Source: Cycas panzhihuaensis | Lineage: Eukaryota > Plantae > Cycadophyta | NCBI GenBank assembly: GCA_023213395.1 | Contig: CM041465.1 | Coordinates: 120,163,741 to 120,227,740 of the forward strand | Direction of reading: 5' to 3' | Length of the DNA: 64,000 nucleotides | Shown here: positions 35,442-48,413 of the stretch, in pieces | Layout: each line of letters opens with the position of its first letter | How positions within the stretch are numbered: the first letter of the stretch is position 1 | The notes under the pieces: model-generated | The model's database searches: none | What the model was told of the DNA's origin: nothing | What the model saw: only the letters and a program-made list of their open reading frames with translations | Made by a program: the position numbers and the translations under genes

Positions 35442-38400
35442 TGTTGGATGTGAAGCCAATTCTAGTTTCCAACATGATGACTGTACAATGGATATGTAAA
35501 ATTCTCCACCATAGGCCGTCCCAGATGCAGTCGTTAGGCTGCGGACGAAACAAAAAGTAGCTTTTTGCTTTTGCCTTTTCGACACAACTTTTTCATTGCG
35601 GCTTTTTACCACGGTTTTTTAACATGGTTTTTTTTAGCACAACTTTGGAGTTGGTGTTTCATATATACAAGTTCCATCAAGCTGTTGTGTAGAGAGATGA
35701 ACAAAATGTACTTTTGATCTTGATGTTAACAAAGAAGAGACCTTTGCTCAGTGGTTTTTTACCTTGGCACTCTGCCAAGGTTTTCCACGTAAAAATTTGT
35801 GTTGTTCTCTTGTACTCTCTCTTGGCTTCATTGCTTGTTTAGTGTTTGTGCATTGTTATTCTTCTCTTACAGTTGGTATCAGAGTCGAGGGCTTGTTTCT
35901 CTCGCGATTGTGCACATGATAGCAAGAAGTTGAAAATGAGTATGACCATATTTGAGATAGAGAAGTTCGATGAGTCGAACTTTGCTCTATGAAAGTTGAA
36001 GATCCAAGTGATGTTGATTAAAGATAGTTGTGTTCTAGCCCTTAAGGGTGTGACAGCCAAACCAACAGCAATGTCTGTAGAAGACCGGGACATTATGGAT
36101 GTGAAAGCTAGGGGAGATATTCATTTATCCTTAGCCGACTCAGTTCTATTTAATGTAGCAAAGAAGACAACAACGAAGGGGCTTTGGGATAAACTCAACA
36201 AGCTATATGAAATGAAGTAATTATCAAACAAGATTTTTCTACAGAGTCAGTTGTACAATCTAAGAATGAAGGATGGAATGCCAGTTGCAGACCATCTGAA
36301 TGAGTCCAACACACTAATTAACAAGTTATGTTTAGTGGGAGTGAAGATCAAGGAGGAAGATAAGGTTGCAACCCTCCTTTGTTCCCTACCAGACTCATGG
36401 GACCAACTAGTGATGACGCTCAGCAATGCAAATCCTTTTGGGACCCTCGTTTATGACGATGTGGTGGCCACATTGTTGGAAGAGGAATTGAGGTGTAAGA
36501 CGTCTCAAAGTGGATCTTCCAGTGATGCCTTAATTGTAAGGGGCAAGTCCATAGAAAGAAATCAATCAAGCAAATCTCATTCTAGATCGAAGTCTAAGAT
36601 GCGAAGAAGGGGGAAATGTTGGCATTGTGGCAAGTCCAGACATCTTAAGAAGGACTACAAGCTACTAAAAGCAAAAGTAAGAAAAACCAATTCACAGAGC
36701 TCAGATGCAAACATAGCTGAAAATTTAGGATAACAAGAAGACGATGAAGCGCTTTTAGCAAACTCTCGAGAATAGTTGTTGCACATATGGCTATTAGACT
36801 TAGGGGCTTCATTCCATATGACACCAGATAGGGATTGGTTCTCCTCATAACAATCATGTGATGGAGGCACAGTCTACATGGGCAACGATAATTCATGCAA
36901 GGTTGTAGGAGAAGGAGAAGTCAAGCTGAAGATGTATGATGGAGTTAAGCTGAAGATGTATGATGGAGTTGTGTGTACCATTCAGAGAGTTTGCCATGTT
37001 CCAGGGCTAAAGAAAAACTTCTTGTCTTTAGGTTAGTTCGATGAGTTGGGCTATAAATACAGCGATAAGAAAGGTTGTTTAAAGGTCTTTAAGGGAGCTC
37101 TAGTAGTGATGAAGCCCAGGAAATGTGAACACATTCTGTACAAGCTGATTAGAGAGACTATAATCAAGGAGGTTGCAGTGGAAATAGCAAGCACCATGGA
37201 TTTTGTAACTTTGTGGCATCAACGCCTGGGCCGCATGAGCGAGAGAGGACTAAAGATACTACTCGACATAAACCATTTGCCAGGTTTAAAATCTCCTAAT
37301 CTCAATTTTTGTGAACATTATTTGTTTGGAAAACAGAATAGGCTGCAATTTGCCAAATGCACTAGTAGAAGTTTAGATTTTTTGCAGCTACTACATTCAA
37401 ATTATTTTGGACCTACACCCATAGCTTCATTAGGAGGGTCATTGTATTTTGTGTCATTTATTGATGACTACTCTCGTAAAGTATGGGCGTTCCTTGTCAA
37501 GAAGAAGTCAGATGCCTTAGATTGTTTTAAGAAATTAAAAGCTCTTGTAGAGAAACAGATGGGTAAGAGCATTAAGTGTCTGAGGACAGACAATGGGAGA
37601 AAGTTTTGCTCGAAGGAATTTGATCGATTTTGTAGTGAGCATGGAATAGCCAAGTAGAAAACAATTCCCAACACTCCACAGCAAAATGGGGTAGCTGAGA
37701 GGATGAACTGTATCATTATGGAGCGTGCCAGGTGTGTTCTGAGCACTGTTGGTTTTGGGCAAGAATTTTGGGCTGAGATTGTAAATATAGTTGTTTATCT
37801 GATTAACAAGTCACCCACTACAACTCTAGACGGGAAGATTCCTGAAGACGTATGGACAGGAAAACCTATTAATTACTCCATTTAGTTGTCTTTGGTTGTG
37901 AAGCTTATGCCCAAGTTTTAAAGGAACAGAGGTCCAAGTTGGACACAAAGTCCAAGAAGTGCATTTTTCTTGTTTATGGTGATGGAACAAAAGGGTACAA
38001 GCTATGGGATGCTGTTGCCCGCAAGCTTATCATTAGCCAAGATGTGGTATTTAATGAAAAACCCATGCAAAAAGTTGAAAAACAACAAACAATAGTTGTT
38101 GTACTTGCTAAGAAAATAAAAGTGGAAGATGGTGTTGTGGAAAAAGATGAAAATCAAGAATATGAACAACAGAATATAGTGACTAAACAGGAAGAACAGC
38201 AACCTGACCAGCCACAGGTTGATATATCTCATTGGGTTAGAAGATCCACTAGAATATCCAAGCCACTCGAAAGGTATACTCCCGATGCACATTCAATTTT
38301 TGCATTAGTTACTCACGTTGGTGAGCCTAGCTCATTTCAAGAAGCTTGTGAGACTAAAGATGCAAGCAAATGGAGGATTGCCATAGAGAAGGAAATGGAG

Positions 38401-40567
38401 GCCCTATGTAAAAACAATACATGGGAGCTGATGGAATTGCTCGCAAGACACAAGGCCATAGGAAATTGGTGGGTCTTTAAGCTGAAAAGGGATGTTGTTG
38501 GTGCAATTGAGTGACATAGAGCTTGGTTGGTGGCTAAGGGGTATGCACAGAAATCAAGTATAGATTTTGATGAAATCTTCTTCCCAGTTGTACGCTTGAG
38601 CACTATTAGAGTTGTGATGGCTTTGGCTGCTTCCCTTGACCTTGAATTAGAGTAGCTCGATGTGAAGACAATAGTTTTGCATGGTGATCTCAATGAGGAA
38701 ATTTATATGGAGCAACTGGAAGGTTTTGTGATAAGAGACAAAGAGAACCTTGTATGCAAGTTGAACAAATCGTTGTATGGTCTCAAACAAGTGACAAGAT
38801 GTTGGTACAGGTTGTTTGATTCCTTCATGATGATTCTAGGATTTACCAGATGCGAAGCTAATCATTGTACTTACTTTAAAAGATATGATGATGGCAATTT
38901 CATTATTTTGTTGTTGTACATTGAAGACATATACGTTGCAGGCCCCAACATGGACAAAATTGTCAAACTTAAGGCTCAATTGGCTAGGACATTTGAAGTG
39001 AAGGATTTAGGTGTTGCAAATCAGATTCTTAGCATGAGGATACCTAAAGACAAGAAGAGCAAGAAGATTTGGCTTACGCACAAGACGTGTGGAAAGAGTT
39101 CTGCAACGCTTAAACATGCAGAATGCTCGGCCAGTTAGTACCCCGTTTCCTGCACGCATGAAGTTGCCTTCGGAATAGAGTCCTAGAAACGGAGCAAAGA
39201 AGGCACAGATGTCTCATGTACCGTACTCATCAGCAATAGGTAGACTAATGTTTGCCATGTTGTGTACCAGACTGGACATTACCCAAACTGTGGGAGTTAT
39301 TAGTCGGTTCATGGCAAATCCCAGTTGTGATCATTGGACTACTGTGAAGTGGATCCTTCATTATTTGAAGGGTACTTCAAATGCTGCTATCTGTTATAGT
39401 TTAGCAGATCTTCGAGTGACAGGGTTTGTAAATTCAGATTTTGCTGGCGATAGAGACAGATATAAGTCCATTACAGGATATGAGTTCACTCTTGTAGGTG
39501 GAGCAATCAGTTGGATATTGAAACTGCAGTATGTGGTGGCATTATATACTACAAAAGCAGAATATATGGTAGTAACACAAGCCTGTAAGGAAGTAATATG
39601 GCTAGACAGATTATTGGGAGAACTGCAACTCAAGCAGAATACGATTGCTTTACATTGTGACAGTCAAAGTGCTTTGCACTAAGCAAGAAACCCAACATTT
39701 CATGCCAGGACAAAGCACATATAATAGATAGGTTAAAATAACTATCCCAGTTGTCTTAATCATGTGGCATGCTTAAGTCTATAATCTCATTCGTTGCATG
39801 TTGACCAAATCAATAGATGTCAGAGGTGAGACATTTCGCCTCATGTCATCAAAATGAATCATCAAGAGTGCAATATCACTTTGTACATGACATTGTAGCA
39901 GGAGGACAAGTCTCGTTGCAAAAGATCCATACTACTGATGACAACCCAACAGACATGTTGACAAAGTTGATTGGAAGGGAGAAGTTTATCTGGTGAAGAA
40001 CTTCTCAAGGACTGCATATAATAGAACGATGATCAACATGTGCATTGGTCTCTTGGAAGGAGTAGATAGTAGCATGATTCAGAATTGACTTCAAGTGGGA
40101 GAATGTTGAATGTGAAGCCAATTCTAGTTTCCAACATAATGATTGTACAGCTGATGTGTAAAATTCTCCTCGTTAGGCACAAAACGACTGGGGGGGTCCA
40201 AGGGGGCAGGTTGTTGCCCCCCTGGGCAACTAAAAGTTGCTCACAGTCGTTTGGCCTCGAACAACAAAAAGCGACCTTTGCTTTTTCTTTTTGTACTGAC
40301 TTCATTGCGACTTTTGGCATGGTTTTTTTTTGCGCGACTTTGGAGTTGGTGTTTCATATATACAAGTTCAATCAAGTTGTTGTGTAGAGAGATGAACAAA
40401 ATGTACTTCTAATCTTGTTGCTAATAAAGAAGTGACCTTTGCCTCGTGGTTTTTTACCTTGGCACTCTGCCAAGGTTTTCCACGTAAAAATTTGTGTTGT
40501 TCTCTTGTACTCTCCCTCAGCTTCATTGCTTGTTTAGTGTTTTATGCATTGTTATTCTTCTCTTACA
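35442..40567 (+). mobile_element. Full-length decayed copia element G (Tnt1/Tork-like): LTRs 35442-35871 and 40104-40567
   Basis: TSD CTCCT/CTCCC; PBS TGGTATCAGAG at 35874; FEIEKFD.SNF, LLCSLPDSW, CWHCGKSRH, LWHQRLG, LYGLKQ, VPYSSAIG, CDSQSA; PPT AAGTGGGAGAA. Confidence 0.97.
36923..36970 (+). repeat. Exact in-frame 24-bp tandem duplication in the protease region of G
   Basis: AAGCTGAAGATGTATGATGGAGTT twice (KLKMYDGV x2). Confidence 0.95.
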
Positions 40568-41412
40568 CTCCCTCCCCTTGAGAAGTGAGTCAACAAGCTA
40601 CTCTCTCCCTTCTTTATCACACTAGAGACCCCAGCTTGTGTCCTTCAAAGGACATTGGTCAATTTGGGGTCCTTCGTCAATGATATACTCGCAAAAATGC
40701 TCCAAGAGCTAGGCATTAGTGTTCTTGAGCCAATCCCTTGGAAGTGCCTGGGATACAAGGGCACCCTCAAGGCTCTTATAGCAAGCATCACCATACCATT
40801 CACATTAGAGGACAAGACCATTCTCACTGAGATCACCATTCTCGATGCCGAGGTGGACTACAACCTACTTTTGGAGAGGCCATGGATAAAACTGATGAGG
40901 GTTGTTTGTTCCACCCTCTGGGGTCAATTAAAGTTTGTCCACAAGAGACAATTTTGTATGGTACAATGCCAAGATTGGCATCGTCAAGACCCCCAACCAA
41001 TTGTACAAGCCATCTTCAATGGTGAAGAATAAGAAGTTGGCCTTTTCTTCCAGAATGAAGGGCCCAAGTTCAACCAAGACCGAACCCCTCGAGAGTTGAG
41101 AATGATCTGCTTTGCACCTATAAACGTGGGAAACTATGGATACTTTGATGTTACTAGTGATCCCAAGTTCGATGGTGAGGAAGATCTTGTATAGATTGTG
41201 GGCCTACTTAACCATGTTTGAAAGCCAAACAACCCCATCACTTCCAAAATGAGCCTTAACTTCCCCTCCACCTGGTCATATGCACGAAACCATTACACTC
41301 CCTTATGAGTATAACTAGCCCCAAACTCCAAGCAAGAGCATAAACCACGCTTCCCCCAAGTCTTATGCTTCGAGGCACCAAACTCCGTGACGAGTATAAA
41401 CTAGTTACGCTC

Positions 41413-42115
41413 TGTCACAAGTGTAAATTGTCACATATAAATATTATTTACAAAAAGCACAAAAATTAGAAACAATGAAATCCCAAAAATATATACTCCA
41501 AAAGGAGAATAAGCTACTTTTAAGGAACTCCATTAAACATTCGAGTTACATTCAATATCATGTGTGTGTTAAACAAAATCTTAATGACCATGTAAGACTA
41601 CTATCATGCAAACGCAAAGTGGCACAAGTTTTGGTTATCAAGCACCCATCAACCATCCAACATTCCTAGCTCAATTAACACTTGGCCCCAATTGTCTCAT
41701 ATGATCCTCATTGCAGCAAATATTTCCAAGATACTACAATAGCCTTTTTGAGGATCCTTTTCCACGTATTTCCCTAGCTTGGTGCTTAGAGCTACCTTGT
41801 ACAAATAGCCTAAAAACTCCTTGCAGTACAACCACTAAGGAACCGATTTCAGACTTTTCTATGCCCTCACTTCATTAAAACTCACATTGTTGCTCTAAGT
41901 GTTATAGTCCCTTATGGGATGGCCCCTTACCACTACATCTTCCAAAACCAAAAATCAATTGCACCCACTATGTCCCAATGAACATCACATGATGACTATA
42001 AACAACTTACCCATGGAAGATAGTATGGGATTTGATGAGGTGTGTCACCTAAAAAGCAAGTTCAGCAATGATTGGTTCACCATGACTCTCGTATGAACTA
42101 TCGTATGGTGTGACA
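41413..42115 (-). mobile_element. Isolated LTR, probably solo
   Basis: Perfect 7-bp terminal inverted repeat TGTCACA...TGTGACA; flanks CGCTC/CCCTC (4/5). An alternative reading is a 5' LTR with a partly deleted PBS. Confidence 0.65.
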
Positions 42116-42169
42116 CCCTCTCCCATACCAAAAGCAGAAAAAAGAAAAAAGTAAATATACCAAAAATTA

Positions 42170-42830
42170 AAAAATAAGGAGAAAAATAGTTGCAAATGCA
42201 TACCTATCCTTTTCTCATAGATTTCTACCTTGGTAAGGTCAATGGGCTTTGTAACCACTTTCTCAACCTAATCCCAGGCTCCCTTTGCAAACAAAATACC
42301 TTTCATCTTGCCTTTCCATGCATTATGATTCTCATTAGTTAACTTATCTCGTTCAAGCAAAGAGTATATAGAGGCCAAGGTGAAAAAGGAGCAAAAATAT
42401 AAGAAAATAAAGAGTGGGGGTTAATCCATACAAACTATACATATTTGTACAGATGGTACAAAATTAAAATATATAGAAGTTACCAAAATTGTTCCTCCTT
42501 CAGGCATCGTTCCAAATATGTAATTATTTTTCAAAACGAATATGCATGAAGCCAGAAAATGCCCTCTCAGTGAGCAATAATGACGACGACGGTTTTATAC
42601 CCTCTTTTATTCATTTCTCCTTTTGTAGAGCTCAAAACCCTGCGAGAATGGATTCTTTCGAAAGGCATACTCCAAACGAAAAGATTTGGAGCAAAAGATC
42701 TTTGCAAAAAGGCTCAGTTTTTTTAAAACTTCGAAAACACAAAATACTGACTGAAATCCTCTTTTCGCATAAATGGAGCTTGAAATGTACTTTAAAAAAA
42801 TAAAAAATTTTATACTTCAAGAGAGTAGGC
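42170..42830 (-). pseudogene. gag: Copia gag N-terminus plus leader fragment
   Basis: ASIYSLLERDKLTNENHNAWKGKMKGILFAKGAWD...KDRYAFATIFL; leader stretch GGGTTAATCCA...ACAT.TTTGTACA also occurs at window positions 34-65. Confidence 0.75.
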
Positions 42831-45800
42831 TATGAAATAAGGATCATATGAGGGCAATGAAGAACTAGACAAAGATGATTAGAACCTATAATAAACAGTA
42901 AAACAGTAAGCACATAAGCACACTATCAAATGGAGGGGGAGGAATTGATCCTAGCTCCAACAAAATTAACTTGTATTCAACTTACCAGCATAATAATACA
43001 TCTCATATTCTCTTGTTATACATGAGACAATGGTTTCAATATATAAGTGAGGAGGATGCCCTTTAGGGTGTTGCATGTTTGACAAGTGTCAAACATGCAT
43101 ACAAGTATATTACATGAAGGACACTTGTCCATCATGTATGCATATGTGCAAATATGCAAATAGAAGGCTAAGGGGTCCAATGACCCATAAGTTATAACAT
43201 TACACAACACCAAAGAAGTGTGTATGTGTACTTTACACATTTAAGTGCAAAAGTACCTTTACATAATACATAACTCAACAATAAAACATAAAGATTCTAA
43301 CACCCCCCTTCGATATTTACATTGTTAAGTCTCACCCCAAAGCCGTGTCTAAAATACTCAAAATTTTCTCTACCAAATGGTTTGATAAAGATATCTGCCA
43401 ATCGTCAATATATTGGCTTATAGATAAGGTCAATCTCATTGTTCTACACATACTCTCTGATAAAGTGGTGATGGAACTTGATATGCTTGGTTCTTGCATA
43501 AAAAACTAGATTCTTAGTCATCTTGAGTACACTTTGGTTGCCACAATATAATCCAGTGGGCTGTGATTGTTCAAGTCAAAGCTTGTTAAGAATCCTCCTT
43601 AGCTATATAGCCTCACAAGCTACATTAACCACAACTTTGTATTCTGCTTCAGTGGAGGATAGAGTAACATTTGGTTGCTTCTTACAACTTCATGAGACAA
43701 CAGTTGACCCAAGGTTAAAACAATAACCTAAGGTAGATCTTCAACTATCTTGGCATTTAGCCCATTCAAAGTCTAAAAATTCTTCCAGTGCGAAATCCTC
43801 ATTATGTGTATATCGAAGTCCATGTTGCAATGTGCCTTTTAGGTATCTCAGTATACATTTTGTTGAAATCCAATGCCTCTGATTAGGTTGAGACATGTAC
43901 CATGAATAGATTTCAACTACATATGATAAGTTTGGTCTAGTGTTAGTCAAGTAGATAAGACTCCCCACTAGCTGCCTGTAAAGGGTGGAATTGGCGGGTT
44001 GTGCTTCCTCATCAAGTGTCAGTTTGACACTAGTCTCCATGGATGTAGGCAAAGGTTTGCAATTCTAAAGCGTTGTTAAATGTCCCAAGTGTATTTGGCT
44101 TGGAAAATGAAAATGTTGTCTGGCTATTGCCACACCTCCATGCCTAAAAAATAGTGGTGAAGTCCCAAATCTGTCATCTCGAAGCTTCTCTTCAAATCCT
44201 CTTGGAGATTCTAAATCATCTTGGTATCACTTCTAGTGATAACTAAGTCATCAACATACAAAATGACAAAGGTAACGTGTTGTTTTTGAACATTTATGTA
44301 AAAGTTCGAATCCGGCGAGGATTGATGAAACCCGTGTCTCAGAAAGTAGTCATCAATTTTTTGAATATCAGGCACGTGGGGCCTACTTTAAGCCATATAA
44401 AGCCTTTTTAAAATGACAGACAAAATGCTCTTTGCCATGTTCTTTGTAACCAAGAGGTTGCTCCAGATATACCTCCTTCGAAAGATCGTTGTTGAGAAAG
44501 GAGCTTTTCTCATCCATCTAATAGATAGGCCATTTGCATTGTGCAGCTAAGGCCAATATAAGTCTGACAGTATTCATATTTGCAACTAGTGCAAAGGTTT
44601 CATCATAGTTTATGCCTTCTTTTTATTTAAAACCTTTAGCTACCAGTCGAACCTCATGACGCTTAATTGAACCATTAGATCGGAAATTAGTTTTGTAAAT
44701 CCATTTGCAGCTTATTGCCTACTTACCATTAGGCAATTCAACCAAATCCCAAGTTCCATTATTTTCAATAGAATGGATTCCATCATCCATGGCAACATTC
44801 CACTTTTTATCTTTACATGCTTCCTCAAAAGTGGAGGGGTCATCAACAAATAACACTTCAGCCATCAGTGCATAATTAATGGTTTGTTGCCGCATTTTGG
44901 ATGGGTGCTTTCTTTCAACAGTTCGTGCACCCTGTATAGTTTACATATACCATTTGGGTAGCCTCTTCATCAATGTGGTAGTCACCTCAATGTCCTCAGC
45001 TTGCAAAAGTTGCTCACTGTAAGAAAGATTATCAGGATCAAGAGGAGCTAATGAAGTAGATGGAGTTGATGGGCATGAAAAAGAAGATACAAGTGTTGAT
45101 GATGTACATGGTGTGGATGATTGTGAGAGAAGGAAGTTCTCAACAATCGCTTTGCCTTTGTCAAGGGGAATATGGATAGATGCAAGGTCCATTTCCTCAT
45201 TATCTTCAGCAAAGATAACATCTCTGGTTACATGCATTGTCCTGCCAATGGAAGCATAAACCCTACATGCTTTGTTTCCTAATCCATAACCAATAAAGAT
45301 GTATTTTAAACTTTCATTATCAAGTTTTTGCCTTTACTGTTTGGCGACATCAATGTGGACAGTGCATCTAAAGATGTGTAAGTGGCTGACAGTTAGCTTT
45401 CTGCCAGTCCAAGCCTCCTCTAGTGTCATATCCCAAACTGCAATTGTGGAGCTTCTATTTATTACATAAGCAGTTGTTTGAAGTGTTTCTGCCTAATAGG
45501 ATAGTGGGAGACTTTTAACATGCATCATTGCCTTCGCTTTGTTTGCCAAAGTTCTATTCATCCTCTCTGCTACCCCATTTTGTTGTGGTGTGTATGGAGT
45601 AGTAAGTTGATGCTTGATGCCATGGTTAATGCAAAACTGGTTGATTTCTTTTGAAGGGAATTCACTTTGTTATTAGAACACAAGATTTTGATTTGCATGT
45701 ATGATTCCTTCTCTACATCAAATTTGAATTCTTTGAACTTAAAAAATGCCTGAAATTTATGCTTTATACAATACGCCCAAACTTTGTGAGAGAAGTCGTC

Positions 45801-47683
45801 GATGAAGGTGATGTAATAAGATGCTCCCCCAATAGATCGTGTGGACATAAGTCCACAAATATTTGTGTACTAGTTGCAATAAGTATGTAGCCCTCCATGC
45901 TTTGCCTTTCTGAAAAGGCTCTATGTTATTTCCCCATTATACAAGCCTCACATAAGCATTTACCTACTGAGATTTTAGGTAAGCCAAACATCATGTTCTT
46001 TCTAAACATCAGTTTAATGCTCTCTAGGTTCAAATGACCTAGTCTATTATGCCATAATTTCTCCTTAGTCAAGGATTGAGTAACACAAGCTTGTGAATTG
46101 TCAAGTGTTACTTGTGATGCATCCAATTTGTATAGTCCATGGTCTTCATGACCAATAGTAATCACTTGGTTATAATTGTTACTAATAGCACATTTCCCAT
46201 TTTTGAATAAAATGCTCATCTATTACTTATCAAGTTGGCTAACAAATAGCAGATTTTTAGACATAGATGGTACTAGAAAAGCATCACCAATGGGAAATGA
46301 CTGACCAAGATCTTCTGAAGTGTTGAATGAAACAATTTTTCCAACACCAGACATTTGAATAGTTTGATCATTACCAAAAGTAACAATTTGACCCTTGCTT
46401 TCTCCAATGTTATACAATAAACTAGCATCACCAGTCATGTGAAAGTTCCCAAACTGTTTTTGAAAGTTCTATTTGAGAGCCATAGCTTGTTTGCCCTTGT
46501 GCTTTGCACTAAATGCCCCTGAAATTGTCCCTCCATCTTGTTGTAAATAGATTTGCTCCTCCTACAATAAGAGGTTCCAACTAGTTGAAAGTTGTGGTGC
46601 CCAAAGTGTGTCCTCGTGTGATGGAGGAAATGAAGCCATTGTACTCCCATGGCAAAACATGAATGGTGGCAATAACTAGGTCTTTATTTGATGTAGGTTT
46701 CCCCAAAGTTGTTAACTAATTATTGATTTCTTTTATGCCTGACAAGAAAGTCGTCATCGGCTCAACAACCTTTACATTAAGCTGTTTGGGTTTGGATATG
46801 ACAATACGAGCATCATCTCGCCTTTCATACAATGATAGTAGAGTGTCCCATGCTTCTTTTGAAGTGACATCATTTGTAATATTTTGGTCAACAATGTTGT
46901 GAATTGTCATGTGTAAGAGAGCTAATGTTATTTCATCTTTAGCTTCCCATGCAACAAGTAGACCAGAATCAATAGGTATTGTGATATTAACATTTACAGG
47001 ACTTTGAGGTGGAACAAGTTTGGCAAGTCTCCCACATGCATAACTCCATAGTTTGCTCATGATTAGCAATTTTTTTTGTTTGTTTCTTCCAATCCTAGAA
47101 ATTGTCTGATCCATTTAGTTTAATTGGACTTGCATTAAGCATTGATATTGTAGACATTTTAAATGTTGAATTTATATTTTTGTAGCTAAAGAATTAATTT
47201 GGAACTCTGAAACTTTTATTGCTTAAATTCCACTTGCAAGTACATCAACAATCCTAATAACAAAGATCCAACAACTGACAAGTGTAAAGAAAGTGGAGGG
47301 CTAGACTTTTCGAATGGTCCAACCCTGATCTATATAAAGATCCAACAGTTGGCCAAAAGCAATTTTTAGTACAAGCAAGGTAAGGTTGATCTACATGGTC
47401 TTACCATGCTTTCCTTGGAGTTTATAGCTCTAATAACACCCTTTTCAAACCATTTTTCCAACAAGATTAACTCTCAATTATTGTGCACTAGTCATACAAC
47501 CAATTGGTTCCCTAGGGAATGCACCAAACTTAAAACTAGAGGCGAGGTTTAGACCTTTTTCGAGTCTCCCAACTTAATAATTTAATTAGTTTTTAAGTTA
47601 AAATGGTATTGTTGTGGGATTAAAAAATTGGTTGAATAACTTGAAATGCTTGTTTGATACTGAAATGATGAAATGATGTAAAA

Positions 47684-47877
47684 TTGCTTGCTTTGAACTT
47701 AAAAAAAAACTTTCAAGTATGATGAAAAACTACTTGCTTTGAGCTTGAAAAATGCTTTCAAGTATAATGAAAATATGCTTGCTTTGAACTTGAATGAATG
47801 ATTTCAAGTATAATGAAGAACTGCTTGCTTTGAACTTGAATGAATGCTTTCGAGTATAATGAAGAACTACTTGCTCA
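47684..47877. repeat. About 46-bp tandem repeat (4-5 units) in the leader of H
   Basis: TGCTTGCTTTGAACTTGAATGAATGCTTTCAAGTATAATGAAGAAC-like units. Confidence 0.9.
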
Positions 47878-48200
47878 TAGTGCTATGTAGATTTCCTTCC
47901 TTAGTGTTTGACAAATAAAGAATTTTGCAAAATTTTTAAGCAAATTGTGCAAAACATAAGCACATCAACAGACTTTAGGACTTTAAAATAGTCTTAACAC
48001 ACTAAAAAATGATTTTTTATTAGTGTTTTTAGTGCTTTAGAGACTATTTTAATGCTTAATGATTAAATAGGTCACCTCATAGGAAGCCTAAAATCATGCC
48101 AAATGTGATTTTTCCACTCAAAGTAATATCATTAACTTAAAAAATAGAATTTTTTGATTGGTAAACACACTTAAAGATTTTTTTTTAAGTGTTATCAAAG

Positions 48201-48413
48201 TCAAAAAATAAATTAAAAGTGATTTTCGCTTAAGTAGGAAAAAGATAGTAATAAAAAACCAGTAAAATGTAACTTTAGGAGAGAGACCTTTTATGTAAAT
48301 TGGAATGTTCTTAATTTACATAAAAGGTCTCTCTCCTAAAGTTACATTTTAATGGTTTTTTATTACTATCTTTTTCCTTCTTAAGCGAAAATCACTTTTA
48401 ATTTATTTTTTGA
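48201..48413. repeat. Near-perfect inverted repeat, 101-bp arms, 11-nt loop
   Basis: 48201-48301 is the reverse complement of 48313-48413 with two mismatches. Confidence 0.95.

Larger units (their letters stand above)
25739..41190 (+). mobile_element. Tat/Ogre-like gypsy element E: 5' LTR 25739-26627, PBS 26632-26650, Pro-rich gag, protease; interrupted by F and G; no RT seen
   Basis: TATAGCC (decayed TG)...GGTTACA; PBS TAGCGACCATACTAGGGAC resembles the Ogre-type TGGCGAC...CTGGGGA; gag PKFEG...DHVNAF...SLHEDALKWF at 33900; Cx2Hx4Hx4C-type knuckle about 34744-34785; protease YNLLLERPWI about 40860. Confidence 0.8.

Noticed and set aside
39806-39863. Hammerhead-ribozyme-like string on the - strand (TGATGA...CGAAA-TGTC-loop-GACA-TC)
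   Set aside because: Stem III fits, but C3 is T, stem II cannot close (C/C) and stem I pairs poorly; likely chance.
42170-42830. This gag fragment as the missing 5' half of element D
   Set aside because: Same strand, but no matching 5' LTR, TSD or intervening sequence links them.
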